Shown: one piece after another, positions 26,457-35,656 of the stretch
Position numbering within the stretch: position 1 is the first letter of the stretch
Layout: each line of letters starts with the position of its first letter
Assembly: GCA_036560805.1 (NCBI GenBank)
Contig: DATBQM010000018.1
Location: forward strand, 3,494 to 67,493
DNA: 64,000 nt
Direction of reading: 5' to 3'
Source of the DNA: Gaiellaceae bacterium
Lineage (GTDB): Bacteria; Actinomycetota; Thermoleophilia; Gaiellales; Gaiellaceae
Made by a program: the position numbers and the translations under genes
The notes under the pieces: model-generated
What the model was told of the DNA's origin: nothing
The model's input: only the letters and a program-made list of their open reading frames with translations
Databases searched by the model: none

Positions 26457-27229
26457 TGGCTCCGCTGCTGCAAGTCGAAGACGTCTCGATGAGCTTCGGC
26501 GGCGTCCACGCCCTCTCCGGTGTGTCCCTCAGGCTCCAACAGGGCGAAACCCTGGGGCTGATCGGGCCGAACGGCGCCGGCAAGACGACGCTGTTCAACT
26601 GCATCACCGGCGTCGTGCCCGGCTACCGGGGCATCATCGCCTACGACGGCGGGGACTTGAGGGGTCTCAAGCCGCACCGGCGTGCGCGCCTCCGTATCGC
26701 GCGCACGTTCCAGAACCTCGAGCTGTTCGACGAGCTCAGCGCGCTGGACAACCTCGTGCTCCCGCTGGACGCCTTCTCGCACCGTGGTCTCTTCGGCGAT
26801 CTGCTGCGACTGCCGACGACGTCCTTCGATGAGCGCAAGGCGCAGGAGAAGGCGCGGGCGATCCTTCACTTCCTCGAACTCGACACCTACGCCGATGCGC
26901 CTGCCGGCGACCTGCCGATCGGTCTCCAGCGGCGTCTAGAGATCGGACGCGCGCTGTGTCTCGAGCCCCGGCTGCTGCTCCTGGACGAGCCGGGCGCCGG
27001 GCTCGACGCACGGGAGACGGTGGAGCTCGCTCGACTGCTTGCGGCCGTTCGAGATCGCTTCAAGGTGACGATGCTCGTCGTCGACCACGACATGGCGCTG
27101 ATCATGCGCATCTGCAATCGCATCTACGTGCTCGACTACGGGCAGATCATCGCGGAGGGGACGCCGGAGCAGATCCAGGCCGACCCCGAGGTCGTGCGAG
27201 CGTATCTCGGCCAGGCGGCTGCAGCATGA
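26456..27229 (+). CDS. livG: Branched-chain amino acid ABC transporter ATP-binding protein (LivG-like)
   Basis: GPNGAGKTTLFNCITG, IARTFQNLELF, and LLLLDEPGAGLD. The ATG overlaps the previous stop. Confidence 0.9.
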   Translation: MAPLLQVEDVSMSFGGVHALSGVSLRLQQGETLGLIGPNGAGKTTLFNCITGVVPGYRGIIAYDGGDLRGLKPHRRARLRIARTFQNLELFDELSALDNLVLPLDAFSHRGLFGDLLRLPTTSFDERKAQEKARAILHFLELDTYADAPAGDLPIGLQRRLEIGRALCLEPRLLLLDEPGAGLDARETVELARLLAAVRDRFKVTMLVVDHDMALIMRICNRIYVLDYGQIIAEGTPEQIQADPEVVRAYLGQAAAA

Positions 27230-28158
27230 GCGGCACGCTGCTCGAGGCCCGTGGTGTCCGCACCGGTTACGGGCGCCTGCCGGTCGTGTTCAACGTCGAC
27301 CTCGAAGTGAAGGAAGGCGAGATCGTCGCGTTGCTCGGCGCGAACGGTGCCGGCAAGACGACGACGCTGCGCGCCCTCTCCGGGATGTTGCCGCTGATGG
27401 CGGGCGAGGTCCATCTCGCCGGCACGTCGCTGAAAGGCAGACCGCCCGACGCGATCGCGCGTGACGGCATCGTCCACATCCCGCAGGGACGAGGGATCTT
27501 CCCCACCCTCAGAGTGGACGAGACGCTCCGCCTCGCGTGCGCGATGGCCGGGATCCGCCGAGCCGACGCCGACGCGCGGGTCGCCGACGCGTACGCGATC
27601 TTCGAGCGCTTGGACGAGCGCCGCACGCAGCTCGCAGGGACGTTGTCGGGCGGAGAGCAGCAGATGCTCGCCATCGCCCGCGGGCTGATCATGAGGCCGC
27701 GCCTGCTGATGATCGACGAGATGTCGCAAGGGCTCGCACCGACGATCGTGCAGGGGCTCTTCGGCATCGTCCGGTCGCTCCCCGAACAGGGCGTGTCCGT
27801 CCTGATCGTCGAGCAGTTCGTCACTCACGCGCTCGCCGTCGCGTCGCGTGCGTACGTGCTCGAGAAGGGGGAGGTGGCATTCAGCGGCAAGGCGGCCGAG
27901 CTCGCCCGGGACGAAGCCTTCGTCAAGAGCAGCTACCTCGGCGAGGGCGGGATCGATGCGATCGACGCGACAGAGCTTCGCCCGGAGGACAGCGCCGACA
28001 CGTCTGAGCTGCCCCTGCACGCGGACGGTTTGCTGCAGACGATCGAGGACCGGGCGGCGCAGCAAGGCCGCAATGCGACCGAAGTCCTTCTCGACCTGCT
28101 CCGGGATGCGCTCGAGAGCCCAGCGGCACAAGGGAACGGCAAGGGAGGAACGTCGTGA
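27226..28158 (+). CDS. livF: Branched-chain amino acid ABC transporter ATP-binding protein (LivF-like) with ~70-aa C-terminal extension
   Basis: GANGAGKTTTLRALSG, LSGGEQQMLAIARGL, and LLMIDEMSQGLAP. The core ends near SSYLGEGG (aa ~240). The extra tail is ...LPLHADGLLQTIEDRAAQQGRNATEVLLDLLRDAL. Confidence 0.9.
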   Translation: MSGTLLEARGVRTGYGRLPVVFNVDLEVKEGEIVALLGANGAGKTTTLRALSGMLPLMAGEVHLAGTSLKGRPPDAIARDGIVHIPQGRGIFPTLRVDETLRLACAMAGIRRADADARVADAYAIFERLDERRTQLAGTLSGGEQQMLAIARGLIMRPRLLMIDEMSQGLAPTIVQGLFGIVRSLPEQGVSVLIVEQFVTHALAVASRAYVLEKGEVAFSGKAAELARDEAFVKSSYLGEGGIDAIDATELRPEDSADTSELPLHADGLLQTIEDRAAQQGRNATEVLLDLLRDALESPAAQGNGKGGTS

Positions 28159-30593
28159 AGAAATCGACTCCTAGGCGCAATGCCATGGCAGGCGTCGCGC
28201 TGACACTCGTGACGTTCTCGATCGGGCTGCTGCTCGCTGTGCTCGTCGCCGGCTCGGCATCGGCGAAGACATCGCCGAAGAAGACGGCGACGAAAAGCCC
28301 GGCGGGGGCGTTGCCGACGCCGACCGTGGCACCGGCCGACAAGTTCTCCGTCATCAACGGCACGGTGAATGCCGCGAGCGATCACGAGATCGTCGGGAGC
28401 TCGGCGTTCCCGAACTTCACGACCGGCGCCGTCGACAACTACTACTCGATGGCCCACTCGCACGTGGACAACTCACCGTTCGCCGAGGGAACGGCGAGCC
28501 CCTTCGACACCGGTCCCGTCGGACAGACGGCGGCGGCCGGCAACTTCCAGCAGCCCCAGTACGCCGACGCCCGTTGGCCCGGCGGCCCCGACAAGGCGAC
28601 ATACGGCAACCAGGGCGGACCGTACGCGGCCTCCACCGCGGACAACAATCGGGCGAAAGCCGATGCCTCGGAGGCCTCGAACGCCTTGAGCGGGCCAGGG
28701 CCCCGCGGGACGAAGACCCTCGCCGTACCCAAGGGCTTCGACGACCGGCTCCGACAGGCGCTCGGGGCATGGAACACGAAATGGAGCGGCCGCCTCGGGA
28801 TGCCGACGCCGAAGGCAAAGACCCCGGCCGCACCGGTCACCGTCCCGAGCTCCCCGGTCAAGCCCCCGAGCGTCCCCGTCACGACGCCGCACCTCGGGGT
28901 CGCTCCACCGGTGACGGTGCCGTCGCCGAAGCTGCCGTCGGCCGGCGCAATGGGCGCGACCCGGTCGCCTGCTTCCCTAACGCTGCCGCGACCGCCTGCA
29001 TCCCTGCCGGGTCTGACGGCATCGGCACCGGCTCCGGGCGGCACCGAGTCGCTGCTCAGCTCGTCGAGCCTGGCCACGCTCGTCTACAAGACCGACAAGT
29101 CCGAGGCCGATACATCCGAGAACAACACCTGCAAGAGCGACACGGTCGGTACGACCGGTACGACCGGCACGACCACGACCGACACGACCACGACAGCGAA
29201 GCCGAAGAGCGGTACTTGCATATTGGTGCTGAGCGGTGAGTCGAGCATGGGACGCGTGACTCTCGGTGGCGGCCAGATCGTGATCGAGGGCATTCACGTC
29301 ACGGCGTCGATCACCAACGACGGCACTACTCCGAGCTACAAGGCCGCGGTTTCCGTCGCATCTGCGTCGATCGGAGGCATACCGGTCACGATCGACGAGA
29401 ACGGCGTGCACGTCGCCGGCCAGGGTCAAGGCCTGCCCTACAAGCAAGCGAGCGACGCGCTCAACGGCGCGTTGAACAAGGCAGGGATCCAGATCTTCCT
29501 CGTCGCGCCCGAGGTCACGAACTGCAGTCAGACGAGCACGGGCACGGGCGGCGGCACGACGACGACGACGACCACGACGTCGACTCCGACGTCGACCTCG
29601 CCCGATCAGCCGGGTGGGACGAGCTCGTGCGGCCAATCCGGCGTGAGCGCCTCGTCGTGCAATCCGTCCGGCACGAGCAATGGCGGAGGGGGCGGCCTGC
29701 CCGCGCCGCCTACGCCTACGCCCGCGCCCACGACCACGCAGTCGAGCACGACCACGACGCCGAGCCCGTGCGGTCAAAACGGCATGGGCACCTCGTGCGA
29801 TCAGACAGGCACGAGCACCGGCGGCACAGGCGGGGGCGCGAGCGGCGGCCTCCCCGGCGCGCCGGCGCCCACGACCACCACCACGACGACATCGACGACG
29901 ACGAGCACGACCACCACGCCTGGCTCATGCGACCAGTCGGGCATGACCGCCCCGGCGACCTCGTGCACCAAGGCAGGCGCGGCGACCGGCCAGACGACCG
30001 CCTCGAACGATCAGTCGACCACGACCTCGTCAACGGACGCGACCTCTCCGAACTCGACCTTCCAGTTCGGCCCCGGCCCGGGCACGAACAACGCGGGCGA
30101 GGAGACCGTCACGGCCACCGGAGTGCACATCGTGTTCACCCAGCCCGTTAGCCCGCCGGGTGTTCCCGCCCAGTTCGTGGAGCACATCCTCGGTGAGGTG
30201 TTCGTGGACTCCCTGGCGAGTCCGGCCACGCCGCTCCCGAATATCCCGTTCTCCGCCGGCTCGTCGGTCTCCTCGTCCTCCTCGTCCCCCTCGTCATGCG
30301 GCGGCGGCCACTCGGGCCTGAAGACGTCGGGGAGCGGCTTGTCGGCCGGCGGCAGCTCATCCGGCGTCGCAGGATCGACAGCGTCGGGCGCCGGCTCGCT
30401 CGGCTCCTCCGCATCCGGCTTGGGTTCGACCTCGCCGTCGAACGGGACTCCGACCGCCAACTCTATGCCGGCGCGATTCGCATCGGCGTTGCGGAAGCCG
30501 CTGTGGTTGTTGCTCGCCTACGTGGTATGGCAACTGCTCGTGATCGGCACCGGCTGGAGCTTGTGGAACTGGCGTCGAGGCGGAACGGCATGA
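28155..30593 (+). CDS. Large secreted, C-terminally membrane-anchored Thr/Ser/Pro-rich surface protein of unknown function
   Basis: The GTG start overlaps the livF stop. Signal/TM sequence VALTLVTFSIGLLLAVLVAGSASA and C-terminal TM LWLLLAYVVWQLLVIGTGWSLW. Three folded-looking segments are separated by poly-T/P linkers. Confidence 0.6.
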   Translation: MKKSTPRRNAMAGVALTLVTFSIGLLLAVLVAGSASAKTSPKKTATKSPAGALPTPTVAPADKFSVINGTVNAASDHEIVGSSAFPNFTTGAVDNYYSMAHSHVDNSPFAEGTASPFDTGPVGQTAAAGNFQQPQYADARWPGGPDKATYGNQGGPYAASTADNNRAKADASEASNALSGPGPRGTKTLAVPKGFDDRLRQALGAWNTKWSGRLGMPTPKAKTPAAPVTVPSSPVKPPSVPVTTPHLGVAPPVTVPSPKLPSAGAMGATRSPASLTLPRPPASLPGLTASAPAPGGTESLLSSSSLATLVYKTDKSEADTSENNTCKSDTVGTTGTTGTTTTDTTTTAKPKSGTCILVLSGESSMGRVTLGGGQIVIEGIHVTASITNDGTTPSYKAAVSVASASIGGIPVTIDENGVHVAGQGQGLPYKQASDALNGALNKAGIQIFLVAPEVTNCSQTSTGTGGGTTTTTTTTSTPTSTSPDQPGGTSSCGQSGVSASSCNPSGTSNGGGGGLPAPPTPTPAPTTTQSSTTTTPSPCGQNGMGTSCDQTGTSTGGTGGGASGGLPGAPAPTTTTTTTSTTTSTTTTPGSCDQSGMTAPATSCTKAGAATGQTTASNDQSTTTSSTDATSPNSTFQFGPGPGTNNAGEETVTATGVHIVFTQPVSPPGVPAQFVEHILGEVFVDSLASPATPLPNIPFSAGSSVSSSSSSPSSCGGGHSGLKTSGSGLSAGGSSSGVAGSTASGAGSLGSSASGLGSTSPSNGTPTANSMPARFASALRKPLWLLLAYVVWQLLVIGTGWSLWNWRRGGTA

Positions 30594-30871
30594 GCAGCGT
30601 CGGTAGAGCCCTGAGCGGTGCAGCCGGTCGTGTGGTCCCGCGGCCACGCGCACGCACCGATGGCTACGCCTTCTGCCCTCGGGACCGCTTCTGGTTCCGT
30701 CCCGCCTACACCGAGGGCAAGTGCCCGCTCTGCGGCGAGGTCGCTCCCGCCCCAGCATCGTCGTTGCCGCGGCTGGCGCGGGTCGACCGTTCGTGGCTCG
30801 GGGTGGGCGGACTCGCACTCGAGTCGCTCGCCATGGTGGCGCTGGTGCTGTACATGTACTTCAGGGGCTAG
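30590..30871 (+). CDS. Small membrane protein with an N-terminal Cys motif (C-x18-CPLC) and a C-terminal TM helix
   Basis: ATGA overlap with the upstream gene. YAFCPRDRFWFRPAYTEGKCPLCGE, then WLGVGGLALESLAMVALVLYMYF. Confidence 0.5.
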   Translation: MSSVGRALSGAAGRVVPRPRARTDGYAFCPRDRFWFRPAYTEGKCPLCGEVAPAPASSLPRLARVDRSWLGVGGLALESLAMVALVLYMYFRG

Positions 30872-30933
30872 ACGTGCGCGAAGGACGGAGACGTCGTAGG
30901 GATTGACCGGCGATCTTTCGAGCGCTGCGTCGG

Positions 30934-31260
30934 CTACTCGAGTTCGGCGATCGTGTCTGCCGTTTTGAGTTTGCGCCCAAAGATGGATAGCTGGATGAGC
31001 GCTGCTTTGGCGTGGCTGAATGCTGCGGGACGGTCGCCGTTGTGGAGGTCGACGAGCATGGTGGTGTAGTTGCTGCCTGCGGTTGTCGCATGCGCGAACG
31101 CGGCGAGGGCCGCAGTCTTGAATCGGCGGCCGTGGGCATCGGTGGGTGCGAATGCGCCGAGCGTGCTTCGTGCGGTGGCGGCGTCCTTGATGATCGCCTG
31201 GATGGCGGCCGCTCCCTTTGCGTGAAGTGCGAAGACGTCGGCGCCGACTCGCTGGGTCAA
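30934..31260 (-). CDS. Hypothetical protein (weak call)
   Basis: 108-aa Ala-rich helical ORF with a TTG start and no obvious RBS. Local GC is lower than the surroundings. No motif recognised. Confidence 0.3.
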   Translation of the reverse strand: MTQRVGADVFALHAKGAAAIQAIIKDAATARSTLGAFAPTDAHGRRFKTAALAAFAHATTAGSNYTTMLVDLHNGDRPAAFSHAKAALIQLSIFGRKLKTADTIAELE

Positions 31261-31296
31261 GGGAGGGTTTGCAATCAGCCTGGAAGAGGTTCATGC

Positions 31297-31764
31297 CTAC
31301 TCGTGCCTCGTCGATCCTGCGTGAGCCCTCGATTCGAGGATGTGCTTGAGTCGTTTGAGGTCGTTTTGGTTCGCGCGTCGCATCGCGGTCGCCATGATCG
31401 GTGCCGAAAGTTTGGAGAAGCCTGAGGGCTCGCCTCGGTTGCGGAGCGTCATCTTGGTGCCACCGTTGCGGCCCTCTTCCCAGGTGTAGGTGGTCTCCAT
31501 CGGGAAGGGGCCGTCCGCGGTGCTCATCACGAGTCGTTCGCCGGAAACAAGCGTCCTGATCTGGTAGGTGTAGGCGAGGCGCCGGCCGAGGAACGCGGCC
31601 ACGAACGCGACCTGGGAGCCGACGGCCAGCGGCGGCCGAGTCTTCCACTCGACCGACTTGATGTTCTTGTACCAAGCGGTCGCGTTGTTCGGGTCCGCCG
31701 CGTACGCGGCGACCTCGTTTCGGGGCTGGTCGATCTCGATCTCGGTCTTGACGTCTACCGGCAT
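31297..31764 (-). CDS. SRPBCC (START/polyketide cyclase-like) family protein
   Basis: [40 protein letters not shown]... has the typical SRPBCC N-terminus. Start at ATG 31764. Confidence 0.7.
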   Translation of the reverse strand: MPVDVKTEIEIDQPRNEVAAYAADPNNATAWYKNIKSVEWKTRPPLAVGSQVAFVAAFLGRRLAYTYQIRTLVSGERLVMSTADGPFPMETTYTWEEGRNGGTKMTLRNRGEPSGFSKLSAPIMATAMRRANQNDLKRLKHILESRAHAGSTRHE

Positions 31765-31769
31765 CGGCG

Positions 31770-32186
31770 TCAGGTGAAGACGGGGTTCGCGCGGCCGTTC
31801 TCGGAGTACTCCTTGAGCCTGACCATGATCTCGCCCCACGTATACGCGACGCGGCCCGCCTCAGCGTCGTCGCTGAAGCCGGCGTGGCGGAAGCTCACTG
31901 TCGCGCCGTCGTCGCGCGGCTCAACGTCCCAGCGGACGGTTGTGCCGACCCAGTGCGGCGGGAACGTCTGTGTGCGCCAGACAACGGTGGTGGCGTCGGA
32001 CCGCTCGAGCAAGAGATCGAACGGGGCCGGCGCGATCGCAAACTCGACCTTCACGATCTCCCCGACCTCGCGCGGGACTTCCGCGCGGCTCGTCCAGAAG
32101 CCCCTGATGCCCTCGCTCGTCTTCACGGCCTCGAGCACGTGCTCTGGTGGAGCGTCCACATCGAACCGGAACAGCACATCGGTCAT
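31770..32186 (-). CDS. SRPBCC/AHSA1-like domain protein
   Basis: Size (138 aa) and the pattern [24 protein letters not shown]...[10 protein letters not shown]. It lies in tandem with another SRPBCC gene. Confidence 0.7.
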   Translation of the reverse strand: MTDVLFRFDVDAPPEHVLEAVKTSEGIRGFWTSRAEVPREVGEIVKVEFAIAPAPFDLLLERSDATTVVWRTQTFPPHWVGTTVRWDVEPRDDGATVSFRHAGFSDDAEAGRVAYTWGEIMVRLKEYSENGRANPVFT

Positions 32187-32253
32187 CTGGCCTCCCTCAT
32201 TTCAGCGACGCCGCAAACGTACCATACATTTCATCACCCGCTAAAATGACAGG

Positions 32254-32553
32254 ATGGACGCGCTCAAGCTGGTCGCTGAACCCAGGCGTCAAGAGATCCT
32301 GCGCCTCGTCTGGCACGAGGAACTGCCTGTCGGCCGGATCGTCGACAAGCTCGAACTGAGCTACGCGGGCGTCTCGCAGCACCTCTCGCTCCTGCGCGAG
32401 GCCGGCTTCGTGCAGGTCCGTCGCGACGGGAAACAACGGCTGTACCGCGCCGACCACGAGCAGCTCGGGCCGCTGAAGGAGTTCCTCGAGTCCTTCTGGG
32501 CAGAACAGCTCGACCGGCTAGCAGCCCTCGCCGAAGACGCCGAACGCGCATGA
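32254..32553 (+). CDS. ArsR/SmtB family transcriptional regulator
   Basis: LKLVAEPRRQEILRLV...VGRIVDKLELSYAGVSQHLSLLREAGFVQVRRDGKQRLY. Confidence 0.85.
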   Translation: MDALKLVAEPRRQEILRLVWHEELPVGRIVDKLELSYAGVSQHLSLLREAGFVQVRRDGKQRLYRADHEQLGPLKEFLESFWAEQLDRLAALAEDAERA

Positions 32554-32984
32554 GCGATGTCACCGTCACGCGCAGGATCAACGCCACGCCGGCAACCGTC
32601 TTCTCGTTCTTCACCGACCTCGAACGATGGACCTCTTGGCAAGGCGTTGGCGGCGAAATCGATGCGCAGCCCGGCGGCGTCCTGCGTCTCCTGATGCCGG
32701 GCGGCCAAGTCGCCGCAGGGCAATTCGTCGAGGTCGTGCCGGATCAACGGCTCGTCTTCACCTGGGGCTGGGAAGGCGACGCACCGCCGGTCGCCCCCGG
32801 CTCGACGAGGGTCGTGATCGAGCTCGAGCCCGACGGGCACGGCACACTCCTCCGCCTCACGCACAGCGATCTGATTCCGCCGCCTGTAGCCGAACACCAC
32901 CGACAGGGTTGGGAACGCTACCTCGACCGTCTGCGCATCCGCGCCGAGGGAAACGACCCCGGGCCCGACGCAGCCGAGGCATAA
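32550..32984 (+). CDS. SRPBCC/AHSA1-like domain protein
   Basis: ATGA overlap with arsR. VTRRINATPATVFSFFTDLERWTSWQG...RLVFTWGWE fits the AHSA1 pattern. Confidence 0.8.
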   Translation: MSDVTVTRRINATPATVFSFFTDLERWTSWQGVGGEIDAQPGGVLRLLMPGGQVAAGQFVEVVPDQRLVFTWGWEGDAPPVAPGSTRVVIELEPDGHGTLLRLTHSDLIPPPVAEHHRQGWERYLDRLRIRAEGNDPGPDAAEA

Positions 32985-33036
32985 CGCGGCTTCGAGCAGA
33001 CCGGCGAAGCACTCAACCAGGGTGACCCGGAGCTCT

Positions 33037-33672
33037 TCAGATGAGCCTGCGTTCGGCCGCCCAGCGGGTGAGCTCGTGCCGGCTGGTCAGCTGGAGCTTG
33101 CGAAGGACGTTGGTGACGTGGCTCTCGATGGTCTTGACGGAGAGGTGCAGCCGAGCGGCGATTTCCTTGTAGCGGTACCCGCGAGCGATGAGTTGGAGGA
33201 CTTCTCGCTCGCGGGCGGTGAGCTCGTCGAGATCGGTGTCGGAATGCGTACGTTCGCCGGCACGGAATGCGTCAAGGACGAAGCCGGCGAGGCGGGGGGA
33301 AAAGACGGCGTCGCCTTCTGCGACTCTCAGGACGGCATCGGCCAGCTCGTCCGCCGAGATCGTCTTGGTCACGTAGCCGCGGGCGCCTGCGCGGATGACG
33401 GCGATGACGTCTTCGGCCGCGTCGGAGACCGAGAGTGCGAGGAACTTCACGCCCGGTCGCTCGGGAGCGACAGCGGCGATGACGCCTTCGCCGCCGCCGT
33501 CCGGGAGGTGGACGTCGAGCAGGACGACGTCGGGATCGGTGGCCTTGATCAGCGGGATCGCGTCGGCAAGGCTGCCGGCTTCGCCGACAATGTCGACTCT
33601 CGCTCCGAGCTCGCCGCGCACGCCGGCGCGCAAGAGGGCGTGGTCGTCGACGAGGACGACGCGCGGCTTCAC
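33037..33672 (-). CDS. NarL/LuxR family response regulator
   Basis: Receiver domain VVLVDDHALLR...PDVVLLDVHLPDG. LuxR HTH LTAREREVLQLIARGYRYKEIAARLHLSVKTIESHV. Confidence 0.9.
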   Translation of the reverse strand: MKPRVVLVDDHALLRAGVRGELGARVDIVGEAGSLADAIPLIKATDPDVVLLDVHLPDGGGEGVIAAVAPERPGVKFLALSVSDAAEDVIAVIRAGARGYVTKTISADELADAVLRVAEGDAVFSPRLAGFVLDAFRAGERTHSDTDLDELTAREREVLQLIARGYRYKEIAARLHLSVKTIESHVTNVLRKLQLTSRHELTRWAAERRLI

Positions 33673-34745
33673 GGCAGCTTTCGCGGGAGGAGAAGCTCGA
33701 TCTCCGTGCCGGCTCCGAGCGCCGCGACAATTCGTGCCGTCCCTCCGGCCCGAGTCATGCGGGCTTCGATCGAGTCGGCAAGACCGCGCCGGTCAGCTGG
33801 AACGGCACTCCGATCGAATCCTTTGCCACGGTCGCGCACGAAGACGCTGACGTGGGCGCCGTTGGCTTCGGCGTAGACGGAGATCTCGTCCGAGCCGGAG
33901 AACTTCGCAGCGTTTTGCATTGCTTCGCGGGCCGCCAGCACGACGGCGGCCACGTCTCCGTCGACGGCGCAATCTCCGCCGCTTGCAACTTCGACGCGGA
34001 CGCCGTGCAACTCCTCGACGTCGGCTGCCGCGGCCGTGAGCGCGCCTACGAGGGTCTCATCGGAGGAGGGGCTGTCGTACAGCCAGCTGCGCAGCTCGCG
34101 CTCCTGCCTGCGGGCTAGCGACGCGACACGTGTTTGCTCGCCCGCGTGCTTTTGAATGAGGGCCAGCGTTTGCAGCACCGAGTCGTGCACGCGCGCAGTA
34201 ACGTCGGCGCGTTCCTCGTTGCGGATACGTGCGGTCCGCTCGGCGTCGCGTTCGAGCGCCAGCTGCCACAGCCAGGGGCCGATGACGAAGAGGAAGGCGC
34301 CTACGAACGCTCCTGGTGCGAGAAACGAGATCGACGAGCTGCCGCGCAAGAACAGCAGTGCGACGCCGCCGGCGGCGAGCGCAAGCCCGGCGACAGAAAG
34401 TGGGGCGCCGGGCCTGAGCGAGCGGCCGCGTCGCCAGATCAGCGCGAGCCCGCACGAGATGAGGACGAGCGCGGCTGCCGTTTGGGCGGAGAGGCCGAGT
34501 GCGCGCAGTGCGAGTCCCGCCGCTCCGAGCAGAGCGGCCACTGCGAGCCAGCCCTTGCCGGTGAGATAGAGCCAGATCGCCACGTAGAGGACGACGCCTG
34601 CGCCGCCGGCGAAGACGAGTAACGTGAAAACGAGCCGGATGAGCGTCGGGTCGACGCCGATGGTCTCCGCGATTCCGGCGCAGACTCCGGCGAGGACGCG
34701 GTCGTCTCTGCTGCGGCGGACCGACGCGATGGTCATCGAGCTCAT
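33669..34745 (-). CDS. PspC-domain-containing sensor histidine kinase (HisKA_3 type)
   Basis: RRSRDDRVLAGVCAGIAETIGVDPTLIRLVF (PspC domain), TM helices, the H-box RVHDSVLQTL, and ATPase motifs NAAKFSG...VFVRDRGKGF. Start at ATG 34745. Confidence 0.8.
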   Translation of the reverse strand: MSSMTIASVRRSRDDRVLAGVCAGIAETIGVDPTLIRLVFTLLVFAGGAGVVLYVAIWLYLTGKGWLAVAALLGAAGLALRALGLSAQTAAALVLISCGLALIWRRGRSLRPGAPLSVAGLALAAGGVALLFLRGSSSISFLAPGAFVGAFLFVIGPWLWQLALERDAERTARIRNEERADVTARVHDSVLQTLALIQKHAGEQTRVASLARRQERELRSWLYDSPSSDETLVGALTAAAADVEELHGVRVEVASGGDCAVDGDVAAVVLAAREAMQNAAKFSGSDEISVYAEANGAHVSVFVRDRGKGFDRSAVPADRRGLADSIEARMTRAGGTARIVAALGAGTEIELLLPRKLP

Positions 34746-35656
34746 GGTAGGACGCGGTGGACATCGATCTGGCCGATGCCGACATCCGCGTCGATCACGA
34801 GCGGGGCGGCGTTGGAGCCGACGTCGTCCGTGACGTCGTGGCCGCCTTCCTGGTATCCGAGCACGTCTGCTCCGCCCCACGCGACATGACTGTTGATCCG
34901 CACCGTCATCCCCTGCGGAACGACGAGCTCGAGGTGGCCGATGCCGATGTGAGCGTGGATCCTCGTCTGCGTCGCCGGCAGCGCAGCCCGTGACAGATCG
35001 AGCCGGAGGTTGCCGATACCGACGCGGTAGTCGGTGCGCGCCGCCGCTGACAAGGGTTGATAGCTGCGGTTGCCGATTCCGTCACCGAGATGCGCGTACA
35101 CGCTTGCGAAGACGATCCCCGCCACGAGCGGTATGAGAAGCAGGAGGCCAGTCGCCAGCAGGATGTACCGCAGACGGCGGCGCGACCGGCGTTGCGTCGT
35201 GATCATCGTCGTCGCCTCTTCACCGTCGGCCTCCGTCGTCGCCGTTGGGGCGGCCGACAGCTCCCGACCCCGGTAGTGCGACGCCAGGATCAACACGCCC
35301 CCGAGCAGGACGATCGTCCAGAACACCTCGCTGTGCAGGTGGTAGGAGATGTGCGAGAGCAAGGCGATCCCCGCAGCCCCGACGAGGAGCAGACCGATTA
35401 GCGCACCCGGTCGCCGGCGATGGTTCCGCAGCGCATCGGCTGCGATGGAATCCTTGGCTCGCTCGTCCGGGATCACCAGCAGCGCGGCGCCGTAGATGAG
35501 GAACCCGGAGCCGCCCAGGAAGGTCAGGACGACGAACCCGATGCGGTAGAAGAGCGGATTGACCTCGAAGTAGTCGCCGAGGCCGCCGCAAACGCCGGCG
35601 AGCATGCGGTCAGAGCGGCTTCGCCGGAGCTGTCTGTACGACGTGGTCTCAGTCAT
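34742..35656 (-). CDS. PspC-domain membrane protein with a LiaF-like C-terminal beta-rich domain
   Basis: LRRSRSDRMLAGVCGGLGDYFEVNPLFYRIGF (PspC domain). The C-terminus GIGNLRLDL...GIGHLELVVPQGMTVRI...DADVGIGQIDV resembles the cell-wall-active antibiotic response domain. Confidence 0.75.
   Translation of the reverse strand: MTETTSYRQLRRSRSDRMLAGVCGGLGDYFEVNPLFYRIGFVVLTFLGGSGFLIYGAALLVIPDERAKDSIAADALRNHRRRPGALIGLLLVGAAGIALLSHISYHLHSEVFWTIVLLGGVLILASHYRGRELSAAPTATTEADGEEATTMITTQRRSRRRLRYILLATGLLLLIPLVAGIVFASVYAHLGDGIGNRSYQPLSAAARTDYRVGIGNLRLDLSRAALPATQTRIHAHIGIGHLELVVPQGMTVRINSHVAWGGADVLGYQEGGHDVTDDVGSNAAPLVIDADVGIGQIDVHRVLP

Noticed and set aside
29100-29900. Runs of ACG/ACC codons (for example ggtacgaccggtacgaccggcacgaccacgaccgacacgaccacg and cgacgacgacgaccacgacg), as possible tandem DNA repeats or a minisatellite.
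   Set aside because: They are imperfect, in frame, and encode poly-Thr linkers of the 812-aa surface protein. They were treated as coding low complexity.
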